Below, piece by piece: positions 16,501 through 20,000 of a stretch of DNA of 20,000 nt (positions are counted from its first letter, which is position 1; each line of letters opens with the position of its first letter). The notes under the pieces were generated by a model. It saw only the letters and a program-made list of their open reading frames with translations, was not told the DNA's origin and did no database searches. A program made the position numbers and the translations under genes. The DNA is from an uncultured virus (IMG/VR IMGVR_UViG_3300042268_000523). Lineage: Duplodnaviria; Heunggongvirae; Uroviricota; Caudoviricetes; Schitoviridae. The stretch covers positions 55,172 through 75,171 of the IMG/VR virus record IMGVR_UViG_3300042268_000523. One strand, written 5' to 3'.

Positions 16501-18342
16501 GTCTCTTTGCCGTATGTATTCTTTTTGGTTTTCAATTTGGTCTTTGATTGAACTGATTAAATTCTTCTGGGCTTCAGTGAGATTTCTGGCCTGTAACAGG
16601 TCATCAATAGTAGCAACATCATCTTCATTCAATAAAGCAATTCCACCTGTTGAACCAAAAATTTCAAAAATAGTATCGTCCACAGAATTGCTGTCTGCCT
16701 GTTTAAGGGCAGTTTTCATTTCTGTGAGCTGTTCAGGGGTAACCTGTTTAGACTCCTTCATGCTTTGCAGTAAAGGATCTGCAGTTTCCAGAATTGTTGT
16801 AAGTGATTTGGCCCTTTGAAATAGAACCTGGATCCGATTGTTATCTGCATCTGTCGCTTCTGCTTTAGAACGCAGCTCTTTCATCTCTGCCATAGCAGCT
16901 GCTTTTTGTTCTTTCAACGAAGCAACCATATCAGCCGCATCTTCAAAATTAGCGATCTTATCAATCGGTTTTAGTTTGGGATCCTGGCTACGCTTCTGTT
17001 TAGCCTTTAAAGCCAATAAAGGATTATACTCAGGTTTTTCTGGATCAATGTAGGTAGCAGTATCTCCTGTCTTTGCAACTTCAGCTACTTTTTGATCAAA
17101 GCCATATTTTGCTTCCGCCCGGGCTAAATCCTTTTCACGTTGAACAGCTGCTCGTTGTTTCTGTTCTTGATTGGATCGAGAAAGTGTGGCTCCAGTACCT
17201 GCTGCCGGACCCATAAGAGCACCAGCCATACCAGCATCAAGCCGTTCAGCTTTTGCCTCTTCAGACATTAAATCTTCAACACCCTTACCCCACTGCTCGA
17301 TACCTGTTTGCGTATATTCTTGGGCAAATTCAGCAGGAGCCATAATACCTGCCGTTGTAGCTCCACGAGCCAAACGACCAGGTACTCCATCGATATTATC
17401 AACGACTTTACCCAACTGACCTTTAAAGGCTTTCAGACCCAATACGGTTTCCATATACTCAACCGTTCCGGCCAAAGCCGTAGCGGTTAAACCTTTTCCG
17501 ATTTCTTTGCCTGTCAGTGGAGTTCCTCGTTCAGAAGACTGTTGAGCCAGATCACCCATAATCTCGCCACCTTCTAAACCAAAAGACATAGCACCCATGC
17601 CAGCATGTTGGCCGACTGCTTGAGTAATACGAGATACTGCTAATTTGGCTGCTGCTTCCTGGGAAAGTGTTTGACCGGCTTTTGCAGCTACAGCTATAAG
17701 CCGATCAGTCTCTTTCTTAACCAATCCACCCATAACTTTTTTGATAACTGTTTTGCCTGCTACTTGGGTTCCAGCACTAACCACCCCAGCACCGATTAAA
17801 ATCGTTCCCAGCTGAGCTACTACATTTGGAAGATTATATGCTGCCCAATCACCCAAGGCTCCCCAGTCCCCGTCTTTGGCTTTTTGATATGAGTATGTGA
17901 ACGAATCTTCTGGACGAGCATTTCGAGATATATCAGTTGCAATCTGTGTATAGCCTTCAAGCATTTTTTCTTTAAACTTGGTGCTTAAACCGCCTTCTCC
18001 AAAAGCCGATTCGCCTATAGCTCCTGCTCCAGCTCCTAATCCATATCCACTCATAGGAATCAATTTTGCAGCATCGGAAAGACTTCGAACAGCTTTATCT
18101 CCTATAGTCTCGGGTGTTCGAGTCAATACAAAATCTCGTAACTTTTGTTCATTAAATTGATTTATTTGTCGTTGTTGTTCCAGAACTGGATCAGGTGTAA
18201 TAACATTACCACCTAAACGCTGTTGTTTATCTGCAGAAATTTGACCTAATAATCGAGCTTTAGCTTCAGCAATAGATAAAACTTTATTTTGTTTCTCGTC
18301 TGAAACAGTTGGTTGATTTTGTAAGACATCAAATAAAGACAT
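7528..18342 (-). CDS. vRNAP: Virion-encapsidated single-subunit DNA-dependent RNA polymerase (N4 gp50-like)
   Basis: 3604 aa; WRQGR (T/DxxGR-like, R1700), motif A EIDGVSNGP (D1855), motif B RKLSKDPTMKTVYG (R1963), motif C NNHDG (D2221); Gly/Ala-rich hydrophobic N-terminus; only one Cys; two HExxH motifs; SD AAGGA. Confidence 0.95.
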   Translation of the reverse strand: MSLFDVLQNQPTVSDEKQNKVLSIAEAKARLLGQISADKQQRLGGNVITPDPVLEQQRQINQFNEQKLRDFVLTRTPETIGDKAVRSLSDAAKLIPMSGYGLGAGAGAIGESAFGEGGLSTKFKEKMLEGYTQIATDISRNARPEDSFTYSYQKAKDGDWGALGDWAAYNLPNVVAQLGTILIGAGVVSAGTQVAGKTVIKKVMGGLVKKETDRLIAVAAKAGQTLSQEAAAKLAVSRITQAVGQHAGMGAMSFGLEGGEIMGDLAQQSSERGTPLTGKEIGKGLTATALAGTVEYMETVLGLKAFKGQLGKVVDNIDGVPGRLARGATTAGIMAPAEFAQEYTQTGIEQWGKGVEDLMSEEAKAERLDAGMAGALMGPAAGTGATLSRSNQEQKQRAAVQREKDLARAEAKYGFDQKVAEVAKTGDTATYIDPEKPEYNPLLALKAKQKRSQDPKLKPIDKIANFEDAADMVASLKEQKAAAMAEMKELRSKAEATDADNNRIQVLFQRAKSLTTILETADPLLQSMKESKQVTPEQLTEMKTALKQADSNSVDDTIFEIFGSTGGIALLNEDDVATIDDLLQARNLTEAQKNLISSIKDQIENQKEYIRQRDKSPVDVRSDIIDGNAEDGFMGITDHHQGIGIALIQKDVKQAENRLNKLRAWADQKQVRASTFRAVQEAVKTNQSLDPDTQANWDAIQAKRTSETDKKGNPLKPYTVGPAFEATIKNMEQEAKLLNQAVVVGENMVEAFKNKNKAATEQSEQTPGQGVAAETQEIPIPLTPESPDSPRQQSGTTIPTTTQTPDPTVPEGGDAPRLHFNEKVGRILTTDNKGSLTVNSLDELVQVSQEFDALMQQKGRALKDDESSVWAASVLAELNKLGVPFTPVTVSFKTDMVNAQTKKSVAGRAIDNTINLNETFDYPTEQRTKKMSPATVFLHEYTHVLTSKHLDSQSDLIGQAKSLMDHVLKQDPGKQKGYAFTNEKEFVAQAISSRPFQEYLNTLPPMKADQSLVDTIKELFFTLVQRLKNDNPTALTDALALVQKIVVADQLGQQKTDNKPPAKKQEETKSAKPKKPVPRKKQFVNTKEFENKTAKGLEQIIRNRQKKLKKYSGQLRETIQNEIAAAQEILDEKLELVASLQSMGFTESEANELSSNNNHMQKILEYKDSTIAELEGMKVVKGSAKADVVAAVLKAKKRIETVEPASAQTEEASTEEGSKEDQRTADPESNPEGVEASEQEEADTETDVDPDIPNKLFLTFGKKAIKKGIQPLMQKTHRVLEALKNGLFANYEKYFSKENPFNENTQAAVDSIVKFGEAFQAALHGDENTKRLFKAYTAKGMPYRDTDPIQYLVDAQGNLAPKVVNAMMAVSYKYLATRASETVLNDEKTVGRILALKDDQKPTQLAMRLLRDKGVTATMLQEQLGQDIYKLLGMEAQEKADFDLQNRLEISLGLQAMATMEHMGYLTMTKIFQGTKKGQKASDSVSGLEGLKNEQKADPQNRKKFNGIQNRFELKKDKNGKWEDVEDEGAIDFYRVRTEVDPETGYDRLAQDITDNLVTPYQNSKTTWDLVFEGEVDKKNYRWKPLTYKEAAEFILKKTGFKATKQQTKNLINSINKPYVASARSMNFFLLLDPDNLKMVMGFQDPATAHKVNQDSVEGVNFNLEQNYKRIQAWLADAAQQPNGYASELFIPAEFWRQGRMGQVGDINPQGSKVDRFLFNMKGWEAEFNPTDIDAYYSFMEAVSLALDIEVSKEGGLMEAVEKTEDKLQEPVFQDAIKAVQKIIKETGDLDTLNPEKMAELQAGYKQELTALAAATKEGGLNIHSMKGIIEYARYLTAVETKQKTFKTDLPTEIDGVSNGPAIGRVQLMGAEADRLETLAALQNAGISFDEDYAGLAQHLAGALNHDAYQAVGFAWANALTAAEKLIIENDTDTKEQLQVLNALKNLFGDFREADGNITKIVRKLSKDPTMKTVYGMGENTLLKELGETAINLIYTQMETIAASKDADALRALQQDLIVLTEDKNILAAALKGDVVDSKVLLNTVLTDKHVTAITNSVSQYHGQALSDAITNVYGDMQATFAPLNTGINLAAAMYNTMYKLRVKELQAQIAKSDEPKRKITVEELRQIEADLQPLFPQVKTYMGGKIPLAKETRNKEYGKDRVIQSYTDSIIPLKKGAPYKREGLEAPGVAGTILTIHDIDSMIANMTLGLEWANILNNHDGFTTSFLDAVKLGQALNEHFYTVMKDYDMGVELNQGVLDTQTNYQQQLQELLDRGEINSVDVKKALLSELKSMKITHMTDLDGKPVKINENNMAAAIKQIIKNTKETAAATKKNKDWLVSIMQKVEQYSYPGAAYIVNQNKTNALPAGDVTRQVTNKRQAELDMAKDLTKEIKAFLEENNIFGSSVDQPITIDPAEYVLEQEINGQNVLHLYNQIKNDSSKIDSAEHDQHLQNLLNDLVRHVMQPIDVYLKSNPYAKAYGAFVPGQQNEKGRIFISKQPVAPVSGALNSGIRMSTGEVYTHELYHTIIAFGLRHMPGMRNKVEMLYRIAFKKLGADGYKVFLNDPTIDVTDPANQFEVEAAQQAFNYIFREARVVAEKSVNPATGIETTHKYSTHLDEFMAYAATNENFRKAMLQISLDQTAYTKTTWAEIKGPNIQTTLMNIARKIFQFVSGKFVKFSPKDNMAAELDRLAFRMAQIDSKNKTQLFEKAKAKHAGLTKTVSDIGNKTIKAVFTKTPVIRIANDLRNLGNAMRDSDTALGQSMRGLFNRIEAMDQNMIKAAVTEGIGRTDKWTKFYWLLNRRHMLLDTVKQAASDTYSELAVKLFKTAPTVSESVSITKIGLKPDLAALLPTLGADRLLKVLQEPKALNQEIDKILAQIRKDKDLTGKHKVFYQKASDALGWFMVHGFSRNNEDAFQSVRAIAGCRDTQLMNSINEKVVDRMEPLIDQLVSLYALQYTNRSQRAEFAALMEKDPEGVVGVLNMHQVLKEQALEQSFNGNKYLFQKGYIKEILNPRIKYEYGTKDQEEAFIANGYTRSLYPVARDPLDPTRQTKMYIYTSKTGRVNDRLTGIVSFTGRKPKGTNSQDIALELDVSTKVGRQNNADIIKDKQKNIQAMMDPTIVPTVPKSGTHMVPQFNRLGNIVSYRYMMTEVTKDSYLEKVNDFDAILGGMAGQIVDKVRTPVINKDLVIVLKEHFDKHYQENPAAFVEVGPSVSDPKMRELYYMMPDSMKAAARKIWGNSSGKMFVAKEILDLVFGYRKYGIAEAFTKNKEEQAKLERLIVSIFNHLLPKNKGIIVAHNLEQWAMELTKIAKSNIIVKSLTVTMKNLGSNMFYLKGRGIPTSTIINLGWEAWYMGTKYQADTKKRDELLVQQQLAKKAGKSTRVIDNELMQLEDSIARNPVRESIESGLMPSLVDDLETAFNKSYFPGPMEQLTDKGMQKLHPTIQNVGKIMFMTQDTNGYKLLNNAVKMTDFIGRHILYTHYTKVDKMDKAEAAAKAMEEFVNFDVPTHRLTEYFNEIGLFWFTKYGVRILKPIYKSIIEKPFDVAMSIMMASHLGADHVYNSIPLVTSDPLNKIDNPVGSFLGSLFMPVPLAATETILSK

Positions 18343-18357
18343 AGGAATTCCTTTAAA

Positions 18358-20000
18358 TTACCAGGTCATAGGACGAACCAGATTAATGACATCTTTATTC
18401 ACGGTTTCTTGTTGCCGTTTTAAATATTGATCAGTCTCTGCTTGAGTCGCTTTTCGCAATATGCCTTCAGCAGTTTGAACCTTAAAACCATTAGGAGTGG
18501 CGATTACGGGTAGAGGCTGTTTAACTGTTTCTTGAGGCGATGCTGCTGCTGCTTGTGGAAATAAAGCACTATCCGCTGACAATTTAGTATCAAAAGCTTT
18601 TAACGTAGCCGGCGTATTAGTTTTATTTGCACCCATTTGCTGTATTTTCCATTGATTCACTTGTTGGGCTACTTGACTAGTCAACTGTCGAAGAGCATTC
18701 TCTCCCTCTTTTAATACTTCTTGTTTACGATTTTGTAATGTATATGCGGTAGTCCAGTTTTTAAAAACTGATTGCAATTGTTGATCAAAAATATTGATAT
18801 CAATACCTTTTCCCGAATCCAACAAGTTGTCTCGTACTGCTGCTGTTGCAGCCTGGTGCACCATAATTGTAGCATCAACATCACTAATGTTTGGAAGGCT
18901 ACTAAGTTCACGAACTTTTTCTTGCAATAAGGATTTGGCTGCTCCACCTTTACGGCCACCGATTTTATCAAAGGAAAGCCATGTGCTAGCTACTTGTTGA
19001 TCCAGTAAATCAAAGGCATCTTTACCCTCTGAAATTTGTTTTTTAAGATGTGTATACCGTTCTTCATCAAAACCTCTGGTCGCTGCAATTTGAGTATCTA
19101 AACCTGCAGCGGTATTAGTAACATGCGACTGTACAGTATCCACAAACTCTTGAGCCTGTAAGCGGTTATTTTCCACTTCAAGAGCCTGTTCAGGCGTTAG
19201 ATTTTGTTGTAACAAATCCCATTGGCGATCCATTACTCGCATCTCGTTTGCATATCTGTCTTGGGTCTGTTGCCACCGTACATCCTCTCTTTGCTGTGCG
19301 GTATCTTCTCGAACCAATCTGCGTACACGGTCTTCTTGTGCTTGTGTATCTTGCAAGTCTTCACGGCTGCCGGCGAGTTCTCTTGTAAGTGTTTCCAGAA
19401 AACGATCACGATCATAAGGTACACCCATTCCATCTGCCTGATCTAAAAAAGCTTGAGCTTCCTGATTGTTTTTTGGTGTACCAAATCGACCCAAGAGCAT
19501 ATCTGTATTTTTGGTTTTTGTATCTGTATATTGAGCATTTCGAAAAGCATTCTGTTCCTGGTATTTAGATACAAAACCCGGAATTGCTTCCGGAGCCATA
19601 CCTGCTTGTAACAACTGTTGTTCCATGGCTTTATTGCCTGCCAGAAGGGATAATTCACTATCTGCAGCTTGATTTGCAGCCAATAAGCCAGCACCATAAG
19701 CTTCATCCCTCAGCTGCCCCCTACGATCTTTTAAACCGGCCGCTAAAGCATCTTGTGAGTATGTGGCTCCTAGGCGTTCATTAAGGGCCGCTAGAGACAA
19801 TCCAGCATCTTCTGCTTGGTTCAACCCTCCCAGGGAATCAATCCCCTGTAACTTGGCTGCAATTGCTCTGTCGTTGTTTTTAATGCTGTTTTGAAAATTC
19901 TGTTCATCAACTTGCTGGCGTTCTTTAAGAAGCCTTTCCAATGGATCAAAAGCTCCCTGTAAAGTTTTGCTCGCCATACCCATTCCGACCATGGCCCCAC
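18358..20000 (-). CDS. Virion ejection/structural protein, N4 gp51-like (5'-truncated)
   Basis: Immediately upstream of vRNAP as gp51 is in N4; Gln/Ala-rich helical, no Cys in the 544 aa seen; the frame is open from 19992 to the window edge, so the true start is probably outside the window. Confidence 0.65.
   Translation of the reverse strand, partial: GAMVGMGMASKTLQGAFDPLERLLKERQQVDEQNFQNSIKNNDRAIAAKLQGIDSLGGLNQAEDAGLSLAALNERLGATYSQDALAAGLKDRRGQLRDEAYGAGLLAANQAADSELSLLAGNKAMEQQLLQAGMAPEAIPGFVSKYQEQNAFRNAQYTDTKTKNTDMLLGRFGTPKNNQEAQAFLDQADGMGVPYDRDRFLETLTRELAGSREDLQDTQAQEDRVRRLVREDTAQQREDVRWQQTQDRYANEMRVMDRQWDLLQQNLTPEQALEVENNRLQAQEFVDTVQSHVTNTAAGLDTQIAATRGFDEERYTHLKKQISEGKDAFDLLDQQVASTWLSFDKIGGRKGGAAKSLLQEKVRELSSLPNISDVDATIMVHQAATAAVRDNLLDSGKGIDINIFDQQLQSVFKNWTTAYTLQNRKQEVLKEGENALRQLTSQVAQQVNQWKIQQMGANKTNTPATLKAFDTKLSADSALFPQAAAASPQETVKQPLPVIATPNGFKVQTAEGILRKATQAETDQYLKRQQETVNKDVINLVRPMTW

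Larger units (their letters stand above)
1..20000 (-). mobile_element. N4-like (Schitoviridae-type) bacteriophage genome segment, late structural/lysis region
   Basis: Giant vRNAP with N4-type motifs (hallmark of N4-like phages), tail fibre, endolysin; tightly packed co-oriented genes with SD sites; no host housekeeping genes. Cannot tell virion genome from prophage in this window. Confidence 0.92.

Noticed and set aside
18343..18352. Palindrome AGGAATTCCT overlapping the vRNAP SD
   Set aside because: Only a 3-bp stem with a 4-nt loop is possible; too weak to call regulatory.
5810..19706. Short out-of-frame minus-strand ORFs (5810..6007, 6680..6862, 7303..7494, 8991..9287, 18711..18971, 19233..19433, 19443..19706)
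   Set aside because: Embedded in well-supported genes, without lipobox or other motifs suggesting real nested genes.
400..19784. All plus-strand ORFs in the track (e.g. 3148..3588, 6918..7424, 12922..13452, 16036..16551)
   Set aside because: Antisense shadows of long minus-strand genes; no recognisable motifs or convincing SD sites.
1..20000. N4-type hairpin vRNAP promoters
   Set aside because: None recognised in the short intergenic gaps; they are expected in the early region, outside this window.

Overview
The whole window is the late (virion/lysis) region of an N4-like bacteriophage (Schitoviridae-type), with every credible gene on the minus strand. Order in the direction of transcription: gp51-like ejection protein (5'-truncated by the window), 3604-aa virion-encapsidated single-subunit RNA polymerase (vRNAP), intrinsic terminator, Thr/Ala-rich structural protein, 13-codon mini-ORF, BppU-like adaptor, 1036-aa collagen-containing tail fibre, two tail-associated genes, then an unusual putative lysis cassette: PLA2/DUF1353-like HD protein, lipoprotein, single-TM protein and an M15-type Zn peptidase endolysin (1..423, not in the ORF track, runs off the window). 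Most notable: (1) a phospholipase-like gene inside a lysis cassette with no canonical Rz/Rz1 pair; (2) two HExxH zincin domains bracketing the polymerase core of the vRNAP; (3) GCGC/CGCG absent from about 15 kb but clustered in a ~1.3-kb tail-tip module that looks recently imported; (4) a protein-identical but synonymously saturated tail-fibre repeat; (5) nested domain insertions in the structural protein. All family assignments come from motif recognition by eye; no database searches were run.
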